Both the position numbers and the translations under genes were made by a program. A stretch of 37,290 bases of DNA, taken from Octopus bimaculoides. Taxonomy: Eukaryota. The stretch covers positions 42,198,017 to 42,235,306 of the forward strand of contig NC_068982.1 in assembly GCF_001194135.2 (NCBI RefSeq), in the 5' to 3' direction. Numbering within the stretch: position 1 is the stretch's first letter; each line of letters starts with the position of its first letter. The notes under the pieces are model-generated. The model did no database searches. It saw only the letters and a program-made list of their open reading frames with translations, and was not told the DNA's origin. Shown piece after piece: positions 1 through 11,524 of the stretch.

Positions 1-45
<45 letters not shown>

Positions 46-70
46 GCAGACAGACAGACAGACACACACA
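1..70. repeat. (CA)n/(CAGA)n microsatellite
   Basis: Direct tandem CA and CAGA units. Confidence 0.95.
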
Positions 71-374
71 CATTCTCATTTTTATATATATATAGATATA
101 TATAAGATAGTGGTGCAACAATGCACCAATATTTACTGGAAATAGTAGTCGATAATATATGACGCTTCAAATTTCATCTTACCTGTAAGAAGAACATTAA
201 ATAAATGTACAACCCAGATATGGATAATCTAGGACGTAGGTTTCGAACTTTCCAAATTACGCTTGTTAACATAAATTTGATTAGTTCTCATCGGCTAGAT
301 TCACGGAGACAAAATACTTTAACCTGATGGTGCTTTGTTTTGCTGGGAAACAATACTACTGTATTGCACTATTT

Positions 375-506
375 AATAATTATATATATATATATATAAG
401 TATATATACATATCTATGTATATATACATATGTATGTACATACATATATATGTATGTATATATATATATGCATGTATATGTATATATATGTATAAATATA
501 CATGTG

Positions 507-545
<39 letters not shown>

Positions 546-746
546 ATGTACATATGTATATATATATATATGCATATATATATGTATGAATGTATACATA
601 TGTGTATATATATATGTATATATGTATGTATAAATGCATATGTATGTATAAATATATATGTATATATATATATATGCATATATATATGTATGAATGTATA
701 CATATGTGTATATATATATGTATATATGTATGTATAAATGCATATG
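375..746. repeat. (TA)n/(TATG)n low-complexity tract
   Basis: Degenerate TA/TG dinucleotide array running into an N gap; source of the spurious Y/I/M ORFs. Confidence 0.95.
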
Positions 747-1136
747 NNNNNNNNNNNNNNNNNNNNNNNNNNNNNNNNNNNNNNNNNNNNNNNNNNNNNN
801 NNNNNNNNNNNNNNNNNNNNNNNNNNNNNNNNNNNNNNNNNNNNNNNNNNNNNNNNNNNNNNNNNNNNNNNNNNNNNNNNNNNNNNNNNNNNNNNNNNNN
901 NNNNNNNNNNNNNNNNNNNNNNNNNNNNNNNNNNNNNNNNNNNNNNNNNNNNNNNNNNNNNNNNNNNNNNNNATATATATGTATATGTATATATAGGGAA
1001 AATTCACAAAACAATACAAGACAAAGACAGGTGGTGTAGACAACAAAGAGATGTATTGGTTAAAGCTCGGGAAGTGCAAAAGTCTTTAACGTTTCGAACC
1101 TATGCTCTTCCACAGAAACGACGACCTTAATGTTTT

Positions 1137-1274
1137 TGTCTAAAAAATCCACTCACAAAGCTTTGGTCGGCCTAAGGGTAGAGTAGAAGACACTTGCCCA
1201 AGGTGCCACGTAGTGAGACTAAACTCAGAACCATGTGGTTGGGAAGCAAGCATCTTACCACTCAGCCACGCCTG
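1137..1274 (-). mobile_element. tRNA-derived SINE, family B
   Basis: Reverse complement matches the + strand copy at 7318-7467 (gtggctg.gtggtaag head, ggcaccttgggcaagtgtcttctact, gtgagtggatt). Confidence 0.85.
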
Positions 1275-1760
1275 AATAAGAATGATATAACGAGGCTTAA
1301 AAGTTCGCTTACAGTTAGTTTCGGTGCCGGGTTCGATCATACTGAGATGCAACTTCGTTGAGAGTAGGAGAGAGTGTGAATCCCTGTTGAAAAGTTGTAG
1401 ATTTAATCTCCCGTCTAGTTTAGCACCCCCACTCTGGGGATTTCTCTAGACTTCACTCTGTTGCAAGTATTCGAACTAAGTCTCTCTTATACCGATAGCT
1501 TACCTCATTTTCCTCTCTCCTTCCCGGCAGTCTCAAAAGGTCCCAGAAACAATGCCATGAGTACTTTTTAGCCTTCCTCCTCGGGACAAGTCATAAAGCA
1601 AAGGTATGAGATTTTGGCTGAGCTGTTTTGACCCTGCCTATTTGATGACACCGATTCGACACCGACTTAATTTGTCATCAGACACTTTGTCCCGGAGGAC
1701 CTTTTGGCACCGGGATAATTTTATCTTTATCGTCTTCTCTCTTTCTGTTTTTTTTTCTCT

Positions 1761-1891
<131 letters not shown>

Positions 1892-2057
1892 TCTTTTTAT
1901 TTATCTCTCTCGGTGTTTATGTGTGTGAGCATATTTCTCTTCCAATGTATGACGAGACGGAAAAGTGTTTATGGCAATCAGTTTCAGTTAATAAATTGCA
2001 ATGTCTCTCTACCTCATTACCTTTACTATCTACCTCACTATTTACTTCTCCCCCTTT

Positions 2058-2058
2058 C

Positions 2059-2114
<56 letters not shown>

Positions 2115-2118
2115 GCTC

Positions 2119-2150
<32 letters not shown>

Positions 2151-2154
2151 GCTC

Positions 2155-2211
<57 letters not shown>

Positions 2212-2259
2212 ATGTATGTATGTATGTATGTATGTATGTATGTATGTATGTATGTATGT
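2058..2259. repeat. compound (TATC)n-(TGTC)n-(TATG)n tetranucleotide microsatellite
   Basis: Successive tetranucleotide arrays. Confidence 0.95.
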
Positions 2260-2682
2260 CTATGATGTTTGGGTTAAAATTTGTGGAACTGATTCTGATA
2301 TGAAATACTTTCGTCTATATTTGTTATATTATTTCGGTCACAAACCTTCCTTTTTTTTTTTTTTTTTTACAAAAATGTTTTCTCAGTAACCTCGAATCTT
2401 CAAGTTGCTGAACAACATACGTGAGCTTTTACGTAAGATATATTAATTGAATGGAAAATTGCATTCGTGTTTGTATGATTCATAAACGTTTAGCAAAAAT
2501 TTATTCACATATTATTTGAAAATCGGCACTTTGAAAATATCAAGCGTTATGGCAGTGAATTAATCATGAGAATTACGCCAGAGAAAGGCCTACTGGTTTT
2601 CTACAATAGAATAAAATAGAATAAAGTTAACGCCTGGAATACTCAATGATTCGCAATTCATTCTCGTTATTGCATAAAGGAT

Positions 2683-2812
2683 ATTCCGCCGAGGTCGACT
2701 TTGACTTTCATCTTTCCGGTGTCGTTAAAATAAGTACCAGTCACGTACTGATGGCGTTGTAATTGATTTTCCCTTTCCCTCAAACCTTTTGGCCTGTGCC
2801 AAAATTTGAAAT
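2683..2812 (+). mobile_element. SINE family C, 3' part
   Basis: attccgccgaggtcgactttg...taagtaccagt...tgtgccaaaatttgaa matches the reverse complement of 17708-17908. Confidence 0.75.
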
Positions 2813-3018
2813 AATTATTACATAAAGGATATAAATAAATAGATGCTGTTTTTATAGTATGTTATCTCCCTTAAGAACCACATACACACACATACACACA
2901 CACACACACGCATATGTATATGTATATATACGGGTGTATATTACCTGCATGTGTGCCTGTGTATATGTGCGTCATGGCAATGTAAATGATTTCTGAGGAA
3001 GATATAAGTAAATGAATC

Positions 3019-3019
<1 letters not shown>

Positions 3020-3087
<68 letters not shown>
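3020..3087. repeat. (AAT)n microsatellite, 5' flank of the Dong-like insertion
   Basis: Pure AAT array. Confidence 0.95.
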
Positions 3088-3371
3088 GGTAACTCGAATG
3101 TGGAATCTAAAAACAGAAACAATTCCTATCATAGTAGGCGCCTTAGGTATAATAAAAAAATATTCAGACAAATATATAACAAAATCACCAGGACTTACAA
3201 ATATATATAACATACAGAAAATTGCACTACTGGGCACTGCATACACCTTACGCAAAACACTTTCAATACAGTAACCATAAGAGCATCACAGCAAACCACA
3301 GCACATACCCAAGGCGCACAGAGCTGCGTTCGGTAGTGAAGTGAAAGCACGTTATAAAAATAAAACTACTG
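3088..3371 (+). mobile_element. 5'-truncated R4/Dong-like non-LTR retrotransposon, 3' end (C-terminal peptide plus 3' UTR)
   Basis: Open frame VTRMWNLKTETIPIIVGALGIIKKYSDKYITKSPGLTNIYNIQKIALLGTAYTLRKTLSIQ* (stop at 3272-3274). IPIIVGALG and IQKIALLGTA resemble the C-terminus of R4/Dong-clade restriction-like-endonuclease LINEs. Flanked by (AAT)n on both sides. Confidence 0.8.
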
Positions 3372-3386
3372 AATAATAATAATAAC

Positions 3387-3452
<66 letters not shown>
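3372..3452. repeat. (AAT)n then (AAC)n microsatellite
   Basis: Tandem trinucleotide arrays forming the LINE tail. Confidence 0.95.
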
Positions 3453-3453
<1 letters not shown>

Positions 3454-3625
3454 TCGAAAAATACCTTGGGGATGAGAACCCAGGTTCGAAATTTTCCCAT
3501 CACCAAATGAAAGCTGGAGGGTATATCAGCCGAAATGTTGTGTTAACAACAAACAAGATGAGAGCAAATACCTGTCAAATGTAAATAATGTACATAATTC
3601 CTCATCTCTTAAATATAAAACTGTA
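3453..3625 (+). mobile_element. Interspersed repeat fragment, probably from a Penelope-like terminal repeat
   Basis: Contains a degenerate minimal-hammerhead-like motif (3501-3544) of the kind found in Penelope-like element termini. Family assignment is an inference. Confidence 0.4.
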
Positions 3626-3806
3626 ACATCAATAACGGTTATCAAGCAGTGAAGGGGTAACAAACACAGACCCAAAGAACACACACACACATATACAACT
3701 GGCATGTTTCTGTGAATTTCTGAAATTCACTAATTTCTAGCTTTTCGCGATCCGTATTAACTACATTACTTCGAGACACCAGGCAGCACCTCTATGTCAG
3801 GGGCTC

Positions 3807-3950
3807 CCACCTTAGGATCAACAGACCTCCAGATATCCTCAAAAGCTGACTACAAAATTTAATGAGTAGTTAGACCACCCAAACTCTGGGGACCCGTGGA
3901 AAAAATCCATTTACATAAAAGGGATCCTTGATGGTACACAGGTTGCGTAG
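3807..3950. mobile_element. Possible degraded hAT-type MITE
   Basis: Starts caggggctcccacc, has internal ggggacccgtgg and ends agggatcc...aggttgcgtagtacta, loosely like CAGGGGTTCCCAACC-type hAT ends. No TSD confirmed. Confidence 0.3.
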
Positions 3951-4064
3951 TACTATTTCACGTGGTTACTCGATCTGTTGGAAATAGTGCCCTCTAATTA
4001 TATCGGCAGACTTGATCTCACGCCATATCATCATGAGAACAAGGTAGGGTACATTCGATAGTGT

Positions 4065-4446
4065 GGAGGCGCAATGGCCCATTGGTTAAGGCAGCGGACT
4101 CGCGGTCACAGGATCGCAGTTTCGATTCCCAGACCGGGTGTTGTGAGTGTTTATTGAGCGAAAACACCTAAAGCTCCACGAGGCTCCGGCAGGGGATGGT
4201 GGTGAACCCTGCTGTACTCTTTCACCACAACTTTCTCTCACTCTTACTTCCTGTTTCTGTTGTGCCTGTAATTCAAAGGGTCAGCCTTGTCACACTGTGT
4301 CACGTTGAATATCCCCCGAGAACTACGTTAAGGGTACACGTGTCTGTGGAGTGCTCAGCCACTTGCACGTTAATTTCACGAGCAGGCTGTTCCGTTGATC
4401 GGATCAACTGGAACCCTCGACGTCGTAAGCGACGGAGTGCCAACAA
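4065..4446 (+). mobile_element. Full-length tRNA-derived SINE, family A, with 14-bp TSD
   Basis: tRNA-like head with A-box (tggcccattggtt) and B-box-like gtttcgattccc. TSD acattcgatagtgt at 4051-4064 and 4447-4460. Highly similar copies at 6894-7265 and 34729-35104. Confidence 0.92.
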
Positions 4447-4624
4447 ACATTCGATAGTGTATTCTAGATATTCCAAAAATGACAGGTTTGTAACGGACGT
4501 GACACCTTCGATCAGAGATGTATTTATTGAAGTTGACCTCAGTATATGTAGCAAAATTTTAGTTTCTGTCCATTTCTATTCCCCTTCCACTCAGACAAAT
4601 TTATGCAAACATAGGAACAAGTTC

Positions 4625-4756
4625 GGCTGTGTGGCTAAGAAGCTCACTTTGCAACTATGTGGTTTCGAGTTCAGTCCCTCAGCAAGGCACCTTTGGCAAG
4701 TGTCTACTAATATAGCTCCAAACCAACCGATGCCTTCTGGAAACTACGTGGAAGCC
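4625..4756 (+). mobile_element. Degenerate SINE family B copy
   Basis: ggctgtgtggctaag...gagttcagtccc...ggcacctttggcaagtgtctact aligns with 7321-7467. Confidence 0.7.
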
Positions 4757-4764
4757 CTTCGTGT

Positions 4765-4870
4765 GAATCTCCCCCGAGAACTACGTTAAGGGTACGTGTG
4801 TCTGTGGAGTGTTCAACCACTTGCACGCTAATTTCACGATCAGGCTGTTCCGTTGATCGGATCAGCTGGA
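4765..4870 (+). mobile_element. SINE family A, 3' fragment
   Basis: gaatctcccccgagaactacgttaagggtac...ccgttgatcggatcagctggaa matches 4308-4413. Confidence 0.85.
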
Positions 4871-5002
4871 ATATATATACACACACACAAACATGCACCA
4901 TATATATGTATATGTGCGCGCACACGTGTTTGTGTGTTTGTACATGTGTAACTATGCGTCTGCATACGTGTGTGTGTGTGTGTGGGTCTGTTTAATGTAT
5001 TG

Positions 5003-5250
5003 TATTTGTCCCCCGCCACAGCTTATTAACAGTTTACATGTCCAAGTAACTTAGCGGTTCGACAAAAAACAAAAAAACAAACAAACGATAGAATAAAACT
5101 TCAAAAGGAAGTCTTATTTTTGCTTTCTTAAAAATAAGACATAAAAATAAGTATAGGGGTTGATTTGTTCCACAAAACGTCTCAAAGCCGTGTCCCAGTT
5201 TAGCCAAAGCCCAATGGCTGAAACAAGCAAAAAATAAACGATAGAATATG
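5003..5250 (+). mobile_element. SINE-type family D, 3' module
   Basis: gtaacttagcggttcg...gatagaataa...ggggttgatttgttc...aatggctgaaacaag is shared, in reverse complement, with 10808-11025 and 22305-22520. Confidence 0.7.
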
Positions 5251-6057
5251 CGCAATAGCTATCTATGCTCGACCGATTGAAGATAAAACTATATAAAGAA
5301 AACGTGTGTAAGAGTGTGCATGTGTATGTGTGTGTATTCATGTGATGCGGTTTTAGTGATAAATACTTGTATATATTGACAAAGTCTCGCATAAATATAT
5401 TCAGATAGACATTCTTGAATGGGCACAAAAAGAAAAAGGGGGCACACATATACATGTAGATGAATTCGAATAAACATATTTATCCCACCGCAAGTATGTT
5501 AAACTATAGTTTGTTGTGACCCGATTTCACAAAGGGAGGCACATGTCCGTTAAGCACGCATACTTATACATAAATCCTTATATTCTCACGTGTACACTTA
5601 CATAAACGCATATATACACACCTATCTACATACATACACACATACATACATAAATACATACATACATACATACATACATACGTACATGCATACCTAAAAA
5701 TGACACGCATACATATCCATAGACATGCATAGATAAACGTACACAGAAGTGAGCAAAATTTTGTACAAAAGTAATCATTACAATATTCCAACATCTAAGA
5801 ACTAAAGCACGTTTGGGTTCAGTCATACACCAAGGTATGTATGCATGTATGTATGTATGTATGTATGTATGTATGTATAAATTCAAATTAGGATAAACGT
5901 AAACAAACAAACAAACGAAGTTTGCTTTTAGAACCGTTGAGATGTCTTAGAAAGTTAAAGAAATGAATTTTAAATTCTCAAACGCAGGATAATGCTAATA
6001 ATATAGCCTGAACAGGATAAGCTACCCCTAATTTTCAGAAAAAAGTGTTGGCGGCCA

Positions 6058-6120
<63 letters not shown>

Positions 6121-6544
6121 GACACAAATATGTTTATACACGATTATATATATACACACATACATATATGTTTATATAATAGGAATAATATACATATATA
6201 CGTACACATACGCATACACACACATACGCACACACATACTGTACATATCAAAATATTTAAGCATGATGCAATTTAACGCTCTTTTGCAACACTCACACAC
6301 ACACTCAAACACACACACACACACAAACACACACACATACACACACACAGAAGCATACACACTTTCACGCACCCATACGTACACCTACACTCCTGTGCAT
6401 ATTCTCACACAAACTCATACAAGTACTATCAAAATGTTACCCAGCCTAATACAGACATACACACATATACATACACACACACGCACACACATGCACACAC
6501 TCCCACATCCCCCCTCTCTCTCACTCTCTCTCACTCTTTCTCTC

Positions 6545-6613
<69 letters not shown>

Positions 6614-6893
6614 GCATAAACATTTTGTTCGGGTTAATTGTAACAACCACCCACAAGGGTTTCAATGAATAGTAGAAAACGGATTTGATCAGGTGAGATG
6701 AATATATTGACCTTTACACGCGCGCGCGCATACACACACTTGCACACACACACACACACACACACACATGCAGACACGCACACAGACACACTAATACACA
6801 GACACATTCATACAGACACCCACACGCACACACACACACACATACACATACATGTGTATTTATATATATGTATATACGTGTAGCTCTATAAGC

Positions 6894-7265
6894 GTGTGGA
6901 GACGCAATGGTCCAGTGGTTAGGGCAGCGGACTCACGATTGTAGGATTGCGGTTTCGATCCCCAGACCGGGTGTTGTGAGTGTTTATTGAGCGAAGACAC
7001 CTAAAGACCCACAAGGCTCCGGCAGGGGACGGTGGCGAACCCTGCTGTACTTTTTTTTACCACAACTTTCTCTCACTCTTTCTTCCTGTTTCTGTTGTGC
7101 CTGTAATTCAAAGGGCCAGCCTTGTCACACTCTGTGTCACGCTGAATCTCCCCCGAGAACTATGTTATGGGTACACGTGTCTATGGAGTGCTCAGCCACT
7201 TGCACGTTAATTTCACGAGCAGGCTGTTCCATTGATCTGATCAACTGTAACCGACGGAGTGGCAC
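6894..7265 (+). mobile_element. Full-length SINE family A copy
   Basis: Aligns end to end with 4065-4446. Confidence 0.92.
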
Positions 7266-7317
7266 GATATAAGAGTATATGTATGTATACACACACATAT
7301 ATAAATATTTACACATA

Positions 7318-7467
7318 GCAGTGGCTGTGTGGTAAGTAGCTTGCTTATCAACCACATGGTTCTGAGTTAAGTCCCACTGCGTGGCAACTTGGGCAAGTGT
7401 TTTCTACTATAGCCTCGGGCCGACCAAACCTTGTGAGTGGATTTGGTAGACGGAAACTGAAAGAAGC
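7318..7467 (+). mobile_element. tRNA-derived SINE, family B
   Basis: gtggctgtgtggtaagtagc (A box), gagttaagtccc (B-box-like), core ttgggcaagtgttttctactatagcctcgggccgacc...gtagacggaaactgaaagaagc. Confidence 0.88.
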
Positions 7468-7519
7468 GGTGATTTCGGTTATTTACATGTCATGAAAACC
7501 GGTTAACGAATCGTTAATG

Positions 7520-7626
7520 CATTGGATAGAATACCTCGCAGTATTTACTCCAACTCTCTGCTATCTGAGTTCAAGTCCCCCCGAGACAAACTTTACTTTT
7601 CATCCTTAGGGGCTGATAAAAAAAAA
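7520..7626 (+). mobile_element. Degenerate SINE family C fragment
   Basis: ctgagttcaagtcccccgag...actttacttttcatccttaggggctgataaa resembles the family C core; ends at a gap. Confidence 0.5.
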
Positions 7627-8529
7627 NNNNNNNNNNNNNNNNNNNNNNNNNNNNNNNNNNNNNNNNNNNNNNNNNNNNNNNNNNNNNNNNNNNNNNNNNN
7701 NNNNNNNNNNNNNNNNNNNNNNNNNNNNNNNNNNNNNNNNNNNNNNNNNNNNNNNNNNNNNNNNNNNNNNNNNNNNNNNNNNNNNNNNNNNNNNNNNNNN
7801 NNNNNNNNNNNNNNNNNNNNNNNNNNNNNNNNNNNNNNNNNNNNNNNNNNNNNNNNNNNNNNNNNNNNNNNNNNNNNNNNNNNNNNNNNNNNNNNNNNNN
7901 NNNNNNNNNNNNNNNNNNNNNNNNNNNNNNNNNNNNNNNNNNNNNNNNNNNNNNNNNNNNNNNNNNNNNNNNNNNNNNNNNNNNNNNNNNNNNNNNNNNN
8001 NNNNNNNNNNNNNNNNNNNNNNNNNNNNNNNNNNNNNNNNNNNNNNNNNNNNNNNNNNNNNNNNNNNNNNNNNNNNNNNNNNNNNNNNNNNNNNNNNNNN
8101 NNNNNNNNNNNNNNNNNNNNNNNNNNNNNNNNNNNNNNNNNNNNNNNNNNNNNNNNNNNNNNNNNNNNNNNNNNNNNNNNNNNNNNNNNNNNNNNNNNNN
8201 NNNNNNNNNNNNNNNNNNNNNNNNNNNNNNNNNNNNNNNNNNNNNNNNNNNNNNNNNNNNNNNNNNNNNNNNNNNNNNNNNNNNNNNNNNNNNNNNNNNN
8301 NNNNNNNNNNNNNNNNNATTTAAATTATGTCAGAAAAATGTTAGAAAAATGTTAGAAAATCTTTTTCTAACATTTTTCTAACATTTTTCTAACATTTTTC
8401 TGACATAATTTAAATATATACTTTAACCAAGTAACACAAGCCTTCTGTAGTTTTTTCACTCTTATTATCTTTTATACATCCAACCACGTGCTTTCACATA
8501 CCAACTTTCTCAGCTATATATATATATAT

Positions 8530-8575
<46 letters not shown>

Positions 8576-9324
8576 GCACGTGAATGTCAGTTTAAGAGAA
8601 ATAAATAGCACTTTTTTTTAATAAGTATTTGTAATGAGCAATGAAATGTTAGTAAATAATAATAATAATGAGGTGTTTCAATATCAATTAGACACGTTTA
8701 CATGTAAATCTAGAGGGTGGGAAGGTTAAGGTTGATGTGTTATGATTAGCACTGGTAGTATGCAAGAAAAGCGAGTTTCTAACACTTCACGGCAATGTTT
8801 CAAGTACAGCAAAGCTTTTGAACATCAAAGTGAAATGACTATTATGTAGGTAATTAAGCAATAACTTAGTGATGAAGTAAATTTAATTAACCTGAAATCT
8901 TTATTGCTTTGATTGTGATGAGCATATTGTAGATTTATTGTTAAAGTAAGAGGGAAGGTTGTTATAAAATTACAAGGTACTTAACCGAAGGAAGTATAGT
9001 ATAATTGTATCACTGAACCGGTCGCAGAAGTGCAACGAAATGATTTCATATTCCATAATCGACATAAATATCAAAAGATAACTGAAGAGTTATAACGGCT
9101 GGTGTGTTCTTACATGCCTGAAATGATTCAGTTAAGAAAAGCGGTAAAAAAAAATATGATGTAGCATATACAATTATATTGGGCACTATCATGCTATTAG
9201 CTGTCAGAAGTGAAAGTGCTCACTGCTAGTGAAGTATCTGTCTGTCTGCCTGCATGCCTGTTGCTGGCCTGTCGATTCTTTGGCTACTGACAGCTAATAC
9301 CATGACTGGCCGGAGCGAGCTATA

Positions 9325-9377
<53 letters not shown>

Positions 9378-10049
9378 ATCTATCTATCTATTACTCGAAA
9401 GTTCGCGCGGCCGCGCTAGCTAGTCGTGAGTGGTCGATCCTATTATTTTTAAACTTCAAACTTCATTTGTTTTCTATTTTGATAAATTCTCTCTGTTGAA
9501 AAATAAAATTTTTATATTTTAAATAATTTGCAATTTCAGNNNNNNNNNNNNNNNNNNNNNNNNNNNNNNNNNNNNNNNNNNNNNNNNNNNNNNNNNNNNN
9601 NNNNNNNNNNNNNNNNNNNNNNNNNNNNNNNNNNNNNNNNNNNNNNNNNNNNNNNNNNNNNNNNNNNNNNNNNNNNNNNNNNNNNNNNNNNNNNNNNNNN
9701 NNNNNNNNNNNNNNNNNNNNNNNNNNNNNNNNNNNNNNNNNNNNNNNNNNNNNNNNNNNNNNNNNNNNNNNNNNNNNNNNNNNNNNNNNNNNNNNNNNNN
9801 NNNNNNNNNNNNNNNNNNNNNNNNNNNNNNNNNNNNNNNNNNNNNNNNNNNNNNNNNNNNNNNNNNNNNNNNNNNNNNNNNNNNNNNNNNNNNNNNNNNN
9901 NNNNNNNNNNNNNNNNNNNNNNNNNNNNNNNNNNNNNNNNNNNNNNNNNNNNNNNNNNNNNNNNNNNNNNNNNNNNNNNNNNNNNNNNNNNNNNNNNNNN
10001 NNNNNNNNNNNNNNNNNNNNNNNNNNGAGAGAGAAAGAGCGAGAGAGAG

Positions 10050-10089
<40 letters not shown>

Positions 10090-10451
10090 ACACACACACA
10101 CACACACACATGTGTACACACATTCAAATATATGTGACACGTAAAGCATCATTAATTTCTTGTTTATTAAAATTGTCTCCCCACGCCCCAACATGTGTCA
10201 CAATTATCAAATAGCGATCGATACGAACTCCATATGAAAAGGGGAGATAATTCTCCAAAGTTTACTTGCCATAAAGGTAAAGACATAGTCTGGAGATAAG
10301 TGGTAAGTCGTGGACACATAGTTTTGCTCCAGGGCATCATTAGCATGACAACTGGGTTAACTTCAGCAGCTAAATATCCTAAATAATCTTAACTTCAGCT
10401 GCTAAGTTCTACATATATATGTAGAACATATATATGGTCTTGGTACAATGC

Positions 10452-10638
10452 ATAATCTTTTGTACTCTAGGCACAAGGCCCGAAATTTTTGGGGAGGGGG
10501 CCAGTCGATTAGATCGAACCCAGAATGCAACAGGTACTTTATTTATCAACCCCTGATAGGAAGAGCCTATCATTAATTTGAACTCAGAACGTAAAGACAG
10601 ACGAAATACCGCTAAGCATTTCGCCCGGTGTGCTAACG
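10452..10638 (-). mobile_element. SINE family C copy
   Basis: atttgaactcagaacgtaaagacagacgaaataccgctaagcatttcgcccggtgtgctaacg matches 17835-17897. Confidence 0.8.
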
Positions 10639-10807
10639 TGGGACAATGCATAATGAGACAAAAATGAAGAGAAGTAACTCACAGTGATTAATAGCATATA
10701 TCAGAACAAAATAGAATTTATGTTGTACGGCAGACACCCAAATTTGTCTATAATGTTCAAATATATACCACTATACACTCAGTTATTTCTCTTAGCTCAT
10801 TTTTATT

Positions 10808-11025
10808 TAAATTATTCTTTTATTCTTTCAGCCATTTGACTGCGGGCCATGCTGGAGAATCGCCTATAGTCGAAGAAATTGACTCCTGGACTTATTCTAT
10901 GTAAGCCTAGTACTCATTCTATCGGTCGCTTTTGCCGAACGGCTAAGTTTCGGGGACGTAAACACACCAGCGTCAGTTGTCAAGTGATAGCGGGGGCGGT
11001 GGGGGGAACAAATACAGACAGACTG
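10808..11025 (-). mobile_element. SINE-type family D copy
   Basis: Reverse complement of the family D module (ttagccgttcggcaaaag..ccgatagaatgagtactaggctt...ctccagcatggcccgcagtcaaatggctgaaa). Confidence 0.75.
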
Positions 11026-11037
11026 ACACACACACAT

Positions 11038-11110
<73 letters not shown>

Positions 11111-11142
11111 CGTACACATACACATATATATATATATACATA

Positions 11143-11190
11143 CGCCGGGCTTCTTTCAGTTTCCGTCAACCAAATCTAGTCACAAGACAT
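11143..11190 (-). mobile_element. SINE family B, 3' end fragment
   Basis: gggcttctttcagtttccgtcaaccaaatc is the reverse complement of the family B 3' end. Confidence 0.7.
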
Positions 11191-11524
11191 TGGTATATAT
11201 ATGTATACTTGTGTACACGTGTGTGTGAGTGAATGTGTATGTTTATGCGCATGTGTGTGTGTACGTATGAACATGAGCGTGCGTGTGATTCTTCATGCAT
11301 ATAGAAGCATGTGTTTGTGTGTATGTGTGTGTATGTATGAGCATGTGTGTGTGTGTGTGTTAATATATGTGAAGAAAAAAAAATGAGTATTTTGAATAGA
11401 TAATATTTTTTTTATCTTAACAATACAACCTACTTTATGTCCAATCTTTGTCAGTCAATTGACTAAGCTCATGAAATCCCATCATACATAAATATTGCTT
11501 GGGTGTAACACTATATCTATTCAG

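Noticed and set aside
1640-1682. tgatgac/gtcatca hairpin with CTGATGA on the minus strand
   Set aside because: No GAAA core or valid stem II, so not a hammerhead.
3951-4043. Open frame YYFTWLLDLLEIVPSNYIGRLDLTPYHHENK ending at aag|gtaggg
   Set aside because: The acceptor is weak and purine-rich, and the peptide is not recognisable. Not excluded, but unsupported.
4065-4140. tRNA-like sequences at SINE heads
   Set aside because: They continue into SINE bodies and do not form complete cloverleaves, so they were not called as tRNA genes.
4196-4789. 197-aa ORF
   Set aside because: It runs through SINE A, its TSD and SINE B; a chance open frame.
8318-8415. Near-perfect ~98-bp inverted repeat built from an 11-bp unit (agaaaaatgtt)
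   Set aside because: The left arm starts exactly at the edge of an N gap, which is typical of a contig-end assembly artefact. Raw or long reads would be needed to rescue it.
10209-10280. Possible exon (DRYELHMKRGDNSPKFTCHK) and an out-of-frame YEKG/EIIL resembling a CNBD strand
   Set aside because: The CNBD-like reading needs a frameshift and has no donor site; the splice signals are weak.
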